In this document: piece by piece, positions 63,410-64,000 of the stretch
Position numbering within the stretch: position 1 is the first letter of the stretch
Layout: each line of letters opens with the position of its first letter
Assembly: GCA_050273025.1 (NCBI GenBank)
Contig: CP158635.1
Location: 7,068,001-7,132,000 of the forward strand
Direction: 5' to 3'
DNA: 64,000 bases
From: Cenococcum geophilum
Taxonomy: Eukaryota
The notes under the pieces: model-generated
The model's input: only the letters and a program-made list of their open reading frames with translations
Told to the model about the DNA's origin: nothing
The model's database searches: none
Program-made: the position numbers and the translations under genes

Positions 63410-63906
63410 CATTAAGCTTAAAGTAGAAAATAGAAGTATAGATTAAATCCTTTACTAATGTTGCTTATATATTAAACGTAATAGAATTATATACCAATTA
63501 TTTAAGATCCTTAAGTAAAGATAAATTATTAATATTCGGCTCCCCACCGTTAAAAAATATATTAAGACGATGGTATCGACTACGCGCCTTTATTGGCACA
63601 CTATTATAGAACTTTTTCCATTTTCTTTCTCTATCTAAATTAGCTATAAATGCCTATACTAGGCGGGAAATGCGTTAATTTATAACTGGGGATTGTACTC
63701 CTACCTTATACTCATAAGTAGAAGAAGTGCTAGTCCCTAAAGAGAGTATAAAATCTAGTTAACCCTTATCTAGCTAGAGAAATTAGTATTTTTAAAAAGC
63801 GATAAAATAAGGATTATTAAACTTAAGGCCACCATCTTAGTAAGTGCTTAGGTTATTAAATACTTTAGGCTTAAAATATTATAGAGCTGTAGATATATAG
63901 AAAGCA
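63410..63906 (-). pseudogene. RIP-mutated patatin-like phospholipase (3' part; gene continues beyond the window)
   Basis: De-RIPed TSAAP.YFKP...YQDGGLKFNNP...LWP....DFILSLGTG...RYHRLN...AS.FYFELD. Confidence 0.82.
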
Positions 63907-64000
63907 CTTCCCCAAGGCAGTTAATAGGAAACTTAAGTTAGGAAGGTAGGCTCTAGAGACTTACGCTTTACTAATTAATACGTTATACTTTAGTTGCTAA

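Overview
Filamentous ascomycete (Pezizomycotina) genomic DNA in two compartments. 1-28.4 kb is mostly gene-bearing and intact, with spliceosomal introns: a GGCT/AIG2-like gene, a DUF6590-like gene, cytochrome b5, HSE1/STAM, a STE20/PAK kinase, and a fungal phytochrome head-to-head with an unusual HFCD-flavoprotein/F-box-like/ankyrin gene. Several TA-flanked MITEs and a Tc1 relic are scattered among these genes. 28.8-64 kb is a nested, largely RIP-mutated transposon block. It opens with an internally deleted DUF3435 (Starship captain-type tyrosine recombinase) relic. Next is a composite of a DUF6589 (Academ-like DDE) transposase, a Helitron Rep-Pif1 helicase and a DUF3716 gene, with the first two sharing a dispersed CCAAT-containing 28-bp motif. 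The block also holds two full-length Ty3/Gypsy chromoviruses with 5-bp TSDs, a Ginger2-like TIR integrase transposon, one intact 750-aa orphan gene and a RIP-degraded patatin-like phospholipase. All domain calls come from motif recognition by eye, and RIP-degraded genes were read by reverting C>T/G>A changes. No searches were run.
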